From contig JAZRZM010000049.1 of assembly GCA_045601385.1 (NCBI GenBank), positions 5,874 through 69,873 on the forward strand: a stretch of 64,000 bases of DNA, in the 5' to 3' direction. Positions 8,756-17,221 of this stretch are shown piece by piece (the first letter of the stretch is position 1; every line of letters starts with the position of its first letter). The DNA is from Clostridia bacterium (GTDB taxonomy: Bacteria; Bacillota; Clostridia; Christensenellales; DTU072). The notes below the pieces were generated by a model. That model saw only the letters and a list, made by a program, of their open reading frames with translations. It was not told where the DNA came from and did not search any database. The translations under genes were made by a program, and so were the position numbers.

Positions 8756-9583
8756 TTATTTGAAAAGTACCAAATTTGTTGTAATAAAATCGACGCCCAT
8801 ATCAATCAGTTTTTGCGCGTCGGACGGACTGTTTACCGTCCAAGCCGCCGCTTGCGCACCGTTTCTGTGGGCTGTTTTGACGACGCTTTTCGTCATGGAA
8901 GAATAATCGACGGAAACGTTTTTTCCTACGGCTGCACGGCACAGTATGCTTACCTGTGACTTTCCGCCGCCGAAAAGAAGTTGCGTCACCGCTTTTTTAT
9001 CGGTCTTTTCCACGTAATCGAGTAGCGATTTATAAAAACTGATATAGACGATCTTGTCGCCGTCCAGTTTTTCGTTGGCTTTTTGCATCAGTTCCGCCAC
9101 TTGCGCTGCGGTCATGCTCTCGTCTTTCAGTTCGATAACCGCCGCTTTTCCGCCGTTTTTGCATATATCGAGATACGTTTCGAACGTGGGGCAGTATTTG
9201 TCTCCTACGGCTGTCGCATTTCCTTTTTTGTCGGGATCGAGCGGCTTGGTCGTCGCTTCCGCTTCGGTGAGCGACTTGACGGAAACAGTCTTGTCTGCAA
9301 ACGGTTTTTCGTCGTGACAGCATACGAATTTGCCGTCTTTGGTTACCCATACGTCCGTTTCTATGCCCCAAAAGAAGGTCTCCCGAGCCGCTCCCTCAAA
9401 AGACTCCGCGGTGTTCTGATAATAGACGTCGCTCAGTCCGCGGTGTGCGATAAAACGCACGGTTTCGTTCGGGTTATAGTCGTTTTCGGTGTTTTTGCAA
9501 ACGCCTAAATACGTCATAAAACCGCCGCTTCCGAGAAGGACGGCGCTTACAAAACAAATAAGTACAATGCGCAGTATTTTCAT
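8756..9583 (-). CDS. glycerophosphodiester phosphodiesterase family protein (N-terminal signal/anchor)
   Basis: ATG 9583 (MKILRIVLICF...) overlaps the stop of the upstream gene (ATGA). GDPD motifs are IAHRGLS and WGIETDVWVTKDGKFVCCHD. Confidence 0.8.
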   Translation of the reverse strand: MKILRIVLICFVSAVLLGSGGFMTYLGVCKNTENDYNPNETVRFIAHRGLSDVYYQNTAESFEGAARETFFWGIETDVWVTKDGKFVCCHDEKPFADKTVSVKSLTEAEATTKPLDPDKKGNATAVGDKYCPTFETYLDICKNGGKAAVIELKDESMTAAQVAELMQKANEKLDGDKIVYISFYKSLLDYVEKTDKKAVTQLLFGGGKSQVSILCRAAVGKNVSVDYSSMTKSVVKTAHRNGAQAAAWTVNSPSDAQKLIDMGVDFITTNLVLFK

Positions 9584-10611
9584 TTTTTCCCCAGACATAA
9601 GCCAATAAGATCCTTTATTTTTGCGGTAGCGAGACAAGTCACGGTGTCTGCGGAGCCGTAATAGATTTTTACCTCGCCGTTTTCCTCGGCGACCATGCCG
9701 CACGGAAAAATGGCGTTGTTACGGAACCCGCCCGTCCGTTCGTACGGCGCTTCCGGCATCAGAAGCGGCTCTTGATATACGCCGAGCACCTTTGTCGGAT
9801 CGACCGGATCGAGGAGCATGATACCGGCGCAATATATTTTTTTCCACCGTCTTTCCCAGCCGTTTTTGAGCAGGCGACAGTCTTTTTTGACGGCGTGAAA
9901 GAGGACGAGCCAGCCGTCGCTTGTCCGTATGGGCGGCGCGGCGGGACCTACTTTGCAGTTGGAAAAAGGCACTTCTTCCTGCGCGAGAATCAGTTTGCTG
10001 TCGCCCCAGAAGACAAGGTCGGGCGACGATGACGCCCACATATCGAACAGTTCTCTTCCGCCGCGCGAATAAACGGGCATCGGACGTTCGAGTCGCATGT
10101 ATTTTCCGTTTATTTTTTCGGGGAAAAGCACCATATTCCGGTTGTCCGGTACACTCAGCGAAATGATTTCGTATCCCGTCAGATCGTCGAAAATCCTTGC
10201 GACGCCGCCGCGCAGTCCGTGTTTCGTGTCCTGCGCAAAGCACATATACAGGACGTCTTCGATGACGATAAGCCTCGGATCGTACATCCTGCCCACTTCG
10301 TCGCTATGTACGTCTTCGTAGCGGATAAAAGGAACAGGCTGCGGCGAAAAATGTATGCCGTCGTCGGACAGGGCAAGCCCGATATGCGTGTGCAGGCGGC
10401 GACCGACGCCGTAGCGGAAGTCGTCGCGGAAAGCCATCACGTATTTTCCGCGGAACTTGGCGACGCCCGCGTTGAAAATAAGCGTCGCTTCGTACGGGAT
10501 GTCTTTTGCTGTCAGGATAGGATTCTTTTCATACCGAACGACTTTATCGGTCGGTTTCCACCCATACGAACGCAGAATTACGCTTGACCACAGTGCCGAC
10601 AAACCTTTCAT
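9580..10611 (-). CDS. glycoside hydrolase family 130 protein (mannoside phosphorylase / beta-mannosidase type)
   Basis: GH130-like blocks: NPILTAKDIPYEATLIFNAGVAKFRGKYVMAFR, YDPRLIVIEDVLYMCF, GPAAPPIRTSDGWLVLFHAV and IYYGSADT. AAGGGGA RBS. Confidence 0.8.
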   Translation of the reverse strand: MKGLSALWSSVILRSYGWKPTDKVVRYEKNPILTAKDIPYEATLIFNAGVAKFRGKYVMAFRDDFRYGVGRRLHTHIGLALSDDGIHFSPQPVPFIRYEDVHSDEVGRMYDPRLIVIEDVLYMCFAQDTKHGLRGGVARIFDDLTGYEIISLSVPDNRNMVLFPEKINGKYMRLERPMPVYSRGGRELFDMWASSSPDLVFWGDSKLILAQEEVPFSNCKVGPAAPPIRTSDGWLVLFHAVKKDCRLLKNGWERRWKKIYCAGIMLLDPVDPTKVLGVYQEPLLMPEAPYERTGGFRNNAIFPCGMVAEENGEVKIYYGSADTVTCLATAKIKDLIGLCLGKK

Positions 10612-10612
10612 T

Positions 10613-11566
10613 TCAGTCCCCTTGCGTTTGAGAATTATAATAAGAAACCGCGTCTTGTATCAAAGAATCAATCGTAAAGTATTTGCTGTTGCGGTAGTTT
10701 GTCATGAATCCGCGCACCGTTTCTATGCCGAGATCGTTCGTTTTTGCCGGTTCGTCGATATAAAGACCGCAGCCGAAGCCGATCTGGTAGGTTTTGCCGT
10801 CGAGGCTGAACGTGCCGTACGTTTCGACGCCCGTTTGGGGATCGGCGTCGTATTCATAGGTAAAAGGAACCGTCTTCACGCTCGGATGTTCGAGGTCGCT
10901 TTTCAGCATGCTGTATATGGTCGCTTGTCTCGTGATACCGTCGATATCCGCGATGTAGTAGACGTAGGGATCGTCGAAGAGATTGTTTTCGTTCGGTTGC
11001 GCGTAAGAAAGGACGTTTATTCCGGTGAAAGGATAGACGTCGTAAGCGCAGTACGAGAGCGTTTGTCCCATTTGCTGCGAAGCGTAGGAGATGTCCGTCA
11101 CGTCGCTGACGCGTTCGTATTTAACGTTCGTGGTGTAGTTTACTTTGGCAATATGCGTCGATTCTTTACGCAAAAAACATCCTTCGTCGGTGCTGTAATC
11201 GACGTAAAGCCCGAACGAAACGCCGTACGACGAATATCCGAGTTTGTCCGAAAAATCGATATAAGAGACTTTGTCTTTGTCGTTTTTGGTGTAAGTGACG
11301 GCAAGTTGCTGACACGTCAAGGGGGTGTCCTTGTCCTGATAAACGTATAACGCGAAGTCGCTCCCGTCAAGAACGATGTAGGAGACGATTTGGTTTTGCG
11401 CGAGCAGATCGGTCGCCTCTTCTTCCGTTCTTAACTGTTTTGTTTGTTCGACTAAAACGTACGTTCCGGTAATTTTTTCCAGTTTTGCAGGGTTACACGA
11501 CGTAAAAAGAACGGCAATAAATGCGAGGAGTAGCGCGAATAACGCAATTTTCGATACTTTTTTCAT
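10613..11566 (-). CDS. lipoprotein of unknown function
   Basis: ATG 11566 has GGAGG upstream. Lipobox in MKKVSKIALFALLLAFIAVLFTSC. No recognisable domain. The stop lies 1 nt from the GH130 start. Confidence 0.65.
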   Translation of the reverse strand: MKKVSKIALFALLLAFIAVLFTSCNPAKLEKITGTYVLVEQTKQLRTEEEATDLLAQNQIVSYIVLDGSDFALYVYQDKDTPLTCQQLAVTYTKNDKDKVSYIDFSDKLGYSSYGVSFGLYVDYSTDEGCFLRKESTHIAKVNYTTNVKYERVSDVTDISYASQQMGQTLSYCAYDVYPFTGINVLSYAQPNENNLFDDPYVYYIADIDGITRQATIYSMLKSDLEHPSVKTVPFTYEYDADPQTGVETYGTFSLDGKTYQIGFGCGLYIDEPAKTNDLGIETVRGFMTNYRNSKYFTIDSLIQDAVSYYNSQTQGD

Positions 11567-11684
11567 AAAACATAACCTCCAAAATCGAATTCGAGTTTTA
11601 TTCGCGAAAATAATTGAAAAAACTCTATATATATGATACACTATTATTTGTAAAAAGTAAATAAAAAGGAACGAATATACCCGT

Positions 11685-12482
11685 ATGGAAAATGCCAATT
11701 ATACCATCGCGCTTCTGATCGACACCGACAACGTGTCGGCAAAATACATGGAAGCGCTCGAAAAAGAACTGATTATTCTCGGCAAAGTCACTTATCGACG
11801 TATGTACGGAGACTTTACCAGGCAAGGCGCCGAAAGTTGGCGCGCCCTTGTTAATGAGTTTTCGATTACTCCCGTTCAGCAGTATACCTATACGACGGGC
11901 AAAAACGCGACCGATCACAGAATGGTCATCGACGCGATGGATATCCTCTATTCCCATAACGTCAACGCGTTCTGTATCTTGTCAAGCGACAGCGATTTTA
12001 CCGGGCTTGCAAAACGTCTGCGCGAGTCGAACATGTTTGTTATCGGTGCCGGAGAAAGAAAGACGCCCGCTTCTTTCGTCAAAGCGTGTAACCGCTTCTT
12101 TGTCTTGGAAGACTTGCTTGGGAAAGACGAAAACGTCAAAAAAAGCGAACCGAAAACGCGTAAAAAGGTAACCAAAGACACAAAACAAGCACAACAACAG
12201 CAGCCGTCCGTATCCGCGGCGACGCCTGAAAAAGAAAAAACGGTCGAAGAAGTCACCAAACCGCTGACCAAGCGGGAGGTAGAAAAATTTGTCACCAAGA
12301 TACTTGCCAACGGCTCGCCGAGGATGTCGCTCGAACTTCTGATCAATAAGATTTATCAAGCCTATCCCCAGTTCGATTTCAAGACGTTCGGCGCGAAAAA
12401 ATCGTATGACTTTTTCAGCGAAAAGAAGTTTACGATTACTTCGGGCGACAATAACAACCTGTTTATAGAATTGAAACAATAA
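11685..12482 (+). CDS. NYN (LabA/DUF88-type) nuclease-fold domain protein with C-terminal OST-HTH/LOTUS-like domain
   Basis: NYN blocks are IALLIDTDNVS, YGDF and AFCILSSDSDFTGLAKRLRESNMFVIGAG. A low-complexity K/Q/E linker follows, then a C-terminal ~70-aa domain (LTKREVEKFVTKILANGSPRMSLELLINKIYQAYPQFDFKTFG). Confidence 0.75.
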   Translation: MENANYTIALLIDTDNVSAKYMEALEKELIILGKVTYRRMYGDFTRQGAESWRALVNEFSITPVQQYTYTTGKNATDHRMVIDAMDILYSHNVNAFCILSSDSDFTGLAKRLRESNMFVIGAGERKTPASFVKACNRFFVLEDLLGKDENVKKSEPKTRKKVTKDTKQAQQQQPSVSAATPEKEKTVEEVTKPLTKREVEKFVTKILANGSPRMSLELLINKIYQAYPQFDFKTFGAKKSYDFFSEKKFTITSGDNNNLFIELKQ

Positions 12483-12516
12483 AAATATTTCGATTAAAAA
12501 AAGGAGTTATAAAAAA

Positions 12517-13467
12517 ATGGCAAACTACATCGGTATCGACATCGGCGGTATGAGTATCAAAGCCGGTATTGTCAACAAAAAGGGAGAAATCCTCGCAAAA
12601 GATTCTATCGTACCCGACGTTCGGGCGGGACAGGAAGCGATGGCGAAGGATATGTATCGCCTTTGCGAAAACGTGGCGAAAAAAGGGGGGCTTTCCATGG
12701 ACGGTATCGACGGTATCGGCTTCGGCAGTCCCGGTACGGTCGATACGAAAAAGGGCGTCATTACGTTTGCCGCCAATCTCGGATTTTATAAATTCCCCCT
12801 TTTGAAAGAGTTTGCGAAATATTGGAAAGGGAAAACCGCCGTGGGAAACGACGCCAACTGCGCCGCGTACGGAGAAACGATATTCGGAAGCGGAAAGAAT
12901 AAAACCGATACGATTTTTATCACGCTCGGTACGGGCGTGGGTACCGGGTTTGTCATCGACGGCAAGATCCTGACCGGCTATAAAGGCGCCGGGACCGAGG
13001 GCGGACATATCTGTATCCGTATGGGCGGAGAGAAGTGCAGTTGCGGCGAAAGGGGGTGCTGGGAAGCGTACGCGTCGGCGACCGCGCTTATTGCCCAGAC
13101 CGAAAATGCCATAAGTAAAAACCCCGATTCCGCTATGGTTGCCTTTGCCGAAAAAGAAGGCGGAGTCAGCGGAAAAACGGCGTTTGAGTGCGCCAAACAG
13201 GGTGATAAGGTGGCCTTAAAGGTTGTAAACACATATTGCAAATACGTCGCCACGGGCTTGGTTCTTTTGATTAACCTTTTCCGTCCCGAAGTCGTCATGA
13301 TCGGCGGCGGCGTCAGCAACGCGGGCGACTTCTTTATTGATAAAGTAAAAGCGATCGTAAAAAAACATTGCTTCGGAAAGAAGGTAAATAAAGTGCCCGA
13401 AATCGTGCGCGCGCAACTGGGTAACGACGCCGGCATCATCGGTGCCGCCGCCCTTGTTATGGATTAA
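12517..13467 (+). CDS. glcK: ROK-family glucokinase
   Basis: IGIDIGGMSIKAGIV ATP-binding start, ROK Zn motif CSCGERGCWEAYAS, and GGGVSNAG. Confidence 0.85.
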   Translation: MANYIGIDIGGMSIKAGIVNKKGEILAKDSIVPDVRAGQEAMAKDMYRLCENVAKKGGLSMDGIDGIGFGSPGTVDTKKGVITFAANLGFYKFPLLKEFAKYWKGKTAVGNDANCAAYGETIFGSGKNKTDTIFITLGTGVGTGFVIDGKILTGYKGAGTEGGHICIRMGGEKCSCGERGCWEAYASATALIAQTENAISKNPDSAMVAFAEKEGGVSGKTAFECAKQGDKVALKVVNTYCKYVATGLVLLINLFRPEVVMIGGGVSNAGDFFIDKVKAIVKKHCFGKKVNKVPEIVRAQLGNDAGIIGAAALVMD

Positions 13468-13488
13468 AAGAAAAAAAAGGAAAGAACT

Positions 13489-15270
13489 ATGGACGAAAAA
13501 CTGCGCCCCTATCTGCCCCTTGTCGACAAACCGGGGCGGTATACAGGCGGCGAATATAATTTACCCGATATGACAAAACCGTGCAACGTGCGGTTTTGTC
13601 TTTGTTTTCCCGACGTATACGAAGTCGGCATGTGCAACGTGGGCGTATCGATTCTGTACGATATCCTCAACAAAGACGACTCCGTCGTATGCGAGAGGTG
13701 CTTTGCGCCGTGGCGCGACATGGCGGCGATTATGCGTGAAAAAAAGATTCCGCTTTCTTCGATCGAGACGGGGAAGCCTTTGCTTGACTTCGACGTAGTC
13801 GGTTTTTCCGTGCCGTATGAGATGAGTTATACTTCGGTTTTGTATATGCTCGATCTTGCCGGCATACCGTTCCGTGCCAAGGACAGAGACGACCGTTTTC
13901 CGCTGATTGTCGGCGGCGGTCCGAGTTCGGCAAACCCCGAACCCATTATCGACTTTTTCGATTTGTATTTTATCGGCGAGGGGGAAGAAACCGACCTTGC
14001 TTTTTGTAAAATCGTCGAAAAGTACAAGGGAGACAAGGAAAAAATATTGCACGAGGCCGCAAAAATCGACGGTATTTACGTCCCGAGCGAGTGTCGCATC
14101 GAAAACGGTATATGCGTGACGAAAGTCAAAAAAGCCGTTGCCGATCTGAAAAACGCGCCGTATCCGGATAAACCGCTTGTGCCGAATATAGAAATCGTCC
14201 ACGATAGGGCGGCGGTCGAACTGTATCGCGGGTGCTATGCCGGATGCCGTTTTTGTCAGGCGTGCTTTTTCTACCGTCCGATACGGTACCGCGAAAAGGA
14301 AACGGTTATCGAACTTGCCAAACGACTTGTCAAAAACACCGGGTTTGAAGAACTCGGTCTGATCAGCCTGTCGAGCGGCGATTACGAGCCGATTTATGAA
14401 GTCCTTGCCGAACTCGGCAAACTCAAAGACGAGCAGAACGTCAGTTTGCAACTGCCCTCTCTCCGCTTGGACAGTTTTACGGCAAACCTTATGAGCGGCG
14501 CGAAAAAACTGTCTCTTACTTTCGCTCCCGAAGCGGGTACGCAACGGCTCCGCAACGTCATCAATAAAAACATCACCGAAGAAGATATCGACGGCAGTAT
14601 GAAATTGGCTTTCGGTATCGGCTACCGAACCGTCAAACTGTATTTTATGTCCGGACTTCCGACCGAGACGGACGAAGATATCCTCGGCATTGCGGAAATG
14701 GTGCGCCATATCCGTTATCTGTACATGCAGACGACGGGCAGAAAGGATATATCGATTAACGTCAGCGTCGCCGTCTTTATTCCGAAACCGGTTACGCCTT
14801 TTCAGTGGGCGGCGCAAATAAGTCTTGACGAAATGAAACGCCGTCAGGATCTCTTGAAAAAAGAATTGTACGCGATAAAAGGCGTTCACTATTCGTGGCA
14901 CGGCGCCGAGATGTCCGTATTCGAAGGCGTCTTTGCCCGCGGCGACAGAGCCCTTTCGTACGCGGTGGAGTCGGCATACAAAAAGGGCTGCTACCTTGAC
15001 GGTTGGACGGAATACTTCGACGAACAAAAATGGTGGGACGCTTTGGACGAATGCGGCGTGGACGTAAATAAATATACCGGCGCGCGTGAAAAAGACGAAG
15101 TGTTGCCTTGGGATTTTATAGACTTCGGCACGACGAGAAACTATCTTTACGCCGAATACGAAAAAGCGCTTTTGGGCGAAACGACAAAACCGTGCAAACA
15201 TGATTGTAATGCGTGCGGCGCGGCGAGAATGGGTAAGTGCCGCCAGTATAAAGGAGAGGAGTCATGCTGA
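13489..15270 (+). CDS. B12-binding-domain radical SAM protein (TIGR03960-like family, function unknown)
   Basis: N-terminal B12-binding-like domain, radical SAM cluster motif CYAGCRFCQAC, length 593 aa. It is followed by the partner gene typical of this family. Confidence 0.8.
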   Translation: MDEKLRPYLPLVDKPGRYTGGEYNLPDMTKPCNVRFCLCFPDVYEVGMCNVGVSILYDILNKDDSVVCERCFAPWRDMAAIMREKKIPLSSIETGKPLLDFDVVGFSVPYEMSYTSVLYMLDLAGIPFRAKDRDDRFPLIVGGGPSSANPEPIIDFFDLYFIGEGEETDLAFCKIVEKYKGDKEKILHEAAKIDGIYVPSECRIENGICVTKVKKAVADLKNAPYPDKPLVPNIEIVHDRAAVELYRGCYAGCRFCQACFFYRPIRYREKETVIELAKRLVKNTGFEELGLISLSSGDYEPIYEVLAELGKLKDEQNVSLQLPSLRLDSFTANLMSGAKKLSLTFAPEAGTQRLRNVINKNITEEDIDGSMKLAFGIGYRTVKLYFMSGLPTETDEDILGIAEMVRHIRYLYMQTTGRKDISINVSVAVFIPKPVTPFQWAAQISLDEMKRRQDLLKKELYAIKGVHYSWHGAEMSVFEGVFARGDRALSYAVESAYKKGCYLDGWTEYFDEQKWWDALDECGVDVNKYTGAREKDEVLPWDFIDFGTTRNYLYAEYEKALLGETTKPCKHDCNACGAARMGKCRQYKGEESC

Positions 15271-15926
15271 TTACTTTTCGTTTTTCAAAGCAGGATAACG
15301 GCACTTTCGTTGCCCATACGGATATATTAAGAGCCCTGAATCGTACTTTTCGCAGGTCCGGTATCGTCGTAAATTACAGCGACGGTTTCAATAAGCACAT
15401 GCTTTTGAAGATGACGCAACCGCTTCCTTTGGGAATAGCAAGTAACGCCGAGTACGTGACGGCGGACGTCGCTACGGCAATCGGCACGGAAGAGTTTCTG
15501 ACGCTTTTCAATGAAAATTGTCCTCCGTATTTGCACGCCGAAAAAGCGTACGTCACGACGGAAAAACCGAAACTCGCCTCGTTTATTACGGCAAGCAAGT
15601 ATTTTTTCCGCACCGAAAAAGCGATTTTTGCCGCCGATAAAATCGAGCGGTGCAAGGACGCTTATTCTTTTTCGTATACCCACCGCGACGTGACCAAAAT
15701 AATCGACGCGGCGAGTATGCTCCACGCTGTCAAGGTGCGTGAAGACGGCGTCGTCGCGTTGATGAGTTCGGGCAGCGTCAATCTCCGTCCCGATTCTCTT
15801 GCCGAGGCGTGGAACAGGGACTTCGGTCTTTCCGTTCGCCTTTGCGACATTGTGCGCTGTGAACAATACCTGTCGGACGGGAATAAATTCCTTTCCGCGA
15901 CGGAATATATGGAGAAACTCTCGTGA
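15264..15926 (+). CDS. radical SAM-linked protein (TIGR03936 / DUF2344-like)
   Basis: AGGAGAGGAG RBS. The start overlaps the radical SAM stop by 7 nt. The N-terminus (FRFSKQDNGTFVAHTDILRALNRTFRRSGI) is typical of the family as I recall it. Confidence 0.7.
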   Translation: MLITFRFSKQDNGTFVAHTDILRALNRTFRRSGIVVNYSDGFNKHMLLKMTQPLPLGIASNAEYVTADVATAIGTEEFLTLFNENCPPYLHAEKAYVTTEKPKLASFITASKYFFRTEKAIFAADKIERCKDAYSFSYTHRDVTKIIDAASMLHAVKVREDGVVALMSSGSVNLRPDSLAEAWNRDFGLSVRLCDIVRCEQYLSDGNKFLSATEYMEKLS

Positions 15927-16879
15927 GGAAAGTTTTTATTCGTCAAGAAACCGACTTTTTGGAATATGCTTTGTACGACGGCAACAAACTGTGCCGATTC
16001 GACCGCTTGAACGAAGACTTTTTTTCGGGCAGTATCGTTCTCGGTAAAGTACGGTTCGTCAAAAAGAACGTCGGGGTGTTCGTTGACGTCGGCATGAAAA
16101 AGGATGGCATTTTGTCCTATCGGACGGGAATCGAGCCCGGCGATTTCGTCGTGGTGCAGATAAAAACCGAGCCGAGCGAAGAGAGGGGGTGTTCTTTGAC
16201 CGAGAAACTCACCTTGCCCGGCAAATATCTCGTCTACACGACGGTGGACGAATATAATTTTTCGCACGAAATACCCGAAGATAAAAAAATAGCGTTCTTT
16301 TCCGTTCCTCGCCCGAAAAAAGGCGGATTTGTCTTTCGCTCCTTGGCAAAGGACGCTCCGCTTGACGCCGTCATAGAAGAGGCCGCGCGACTTGAAAAAT
16401 GCTTTGAGGATATCGTTTCGTCCGCCGAAAATTGCTATACGATAAAATTTTTGTATCGGGAAACGGCTTTGCAACTTGCCGAAAATCTTGCCGAAGAGGT
16501 CGTTTGCGGCTTCGATTCGATCCAAAAAGACATCGCCACCCTTTCACAAAGAAAAGTCGAAACGCAAGGCGTCGAACTTGTTTTCGATAAAACGGAAGGC
16601 GCGACCGTCGTCGACGTCAATTTTCATACCTTTCGCACCACCGACAAAAACCCGATTTTGCAAGCCGACCTTATCGCGATCGAAGAGTTCGCCCGTCAGA
16701 TTCGTTTGCGTAACATCGGCGGAATTATCCTTTTTGATTATATCAGCGTTACGACCAAAGAAGACAGCGATTTCCTTTTTGAAAAAATGAAAGAGTGTTT
16801 GACAGGCGACTTCGCCCGTACGACGTGTGAGCAAGCGGAAAGGGCGGGGTGCTTTCTCATTACCCGCAACGCAAGATAG
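15923..16879 (+). CDS. RNase E/G-family ribonuclease, short form (318 aa) lacking the C-terminal Zn-link/small domain
   Basis: GTG 15923 overlaps the upstream stop (GTGA). S1 domain: GSIVLGKVRFVKKNVGVFVDVGMKKDGIL. Catalytic core aligns to RNase G: TEGATVVDVN ... ARQIRLRNIGGIILFDYIS ... GCFLITRNAR. The ORF stops right after the ITR(K)R motif. Confidence 0.75.
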   Translation: MRKVFIRQETDFLEYALYDGNKLCRFDRLNEDFFSGSIVLGKVRFVKKNVGVFVDVGMKKDGILSYRTGIEPGDFVVVQIKTEPSEERGCSLTEKLTLPGKYLVYTTVDEYNFSHEIPEDKKIAFFSVPRPKKGGFVFRSLAKDAPLDAVIEEAARLEKCFEDIVSSAENCYTIKFLYRETALQLAENLAEEVVCGFDSIQKDIATLSQRKVETQGVELVFDKTEGATVVDVNFHTFRTTDKNPILQADLIAIEEFARQIRLRNIGGIILFDYISVTTKEDSDFLFEKMKECLTGDFARTTCEQAERAGCFLITRNAR

Positions 16880-17204
16880 CGGCATATTTCGGTGATTTAA
16901 CCCGAAGCGTTCACTTGCAGTACTTTCGGTACAGCGGCGTTCCGTTTCGACTGAAATCCCTCGAAATCTGCCGCTATCTCATTACGATTTGACACAGGCG
17001 TTCACTTGCAGTACTTTCGGTACATCGGCGTTCCGTTTCGGCTGAAATCCCTCAAAATCTGCCGCTATCGCATTATACGTTTTGCCTGAATCTATTTAGT
17101 GCGAATTTGTATGGTGGCGTTTCGTTTCGACTGAAATCCCTCGAAATCTGACGTTATCGTTTTTTTGATTAAACCGAATTTTCGGTACAGCGGCGTTCCG
17201 TTTT
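16874..17204. repeat. intergenic repeat cluster: two full 72-nt copies, two partial copies and one inverted terminal copy (MITE/REP-like)
   Basis: Copies at 16907-16978 and 16998-17069 are about 95% identical (GCGTTCACTTGCAGTACTTTCGGTACA.CGGCGTTCCGTTTCG.CTGAAATCCCTC.AAATCTGCCGCTATC). Partial copies lie at 17116-17159 and 17181-17203. Segment 16875-16904 is the imperfect reverse complement (about 24/31) of the copy end 16948-16978. Confidence 0.85.
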
Positions 17205-17221
17205 GTCCGCAGTTGTGGTAT

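Noticed and set aside
13561-15201. 546-aa antisense ORF inside the radical SAM gene. Similar long antisense ORFs lie at 604-1446, 10457-11350, 21287-22414, 22291-23112, 29449-31005, 32011-33201, 33793-34782, 36255-38069, 50199-53051 and 55040-56518.
   Set aside because: All of them lie opposite genes with strong family motifs. They give R/F/V-rich, motif-free translations and lack RBSs. This is typical frame-shadow behaviour at this GC content and codon bias.
16907-17159. Possible CRISPR array (regularly spaced direct repeats)
   Set aside because: The repeat unit is 72 nt, with spacers of only 19 nt and then 46 nt, and there are only 2 full copies. The copies are imperfect or permuted, and no cas genes are in the window. 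This fits a REP/MITE-like element, not CRISPR.
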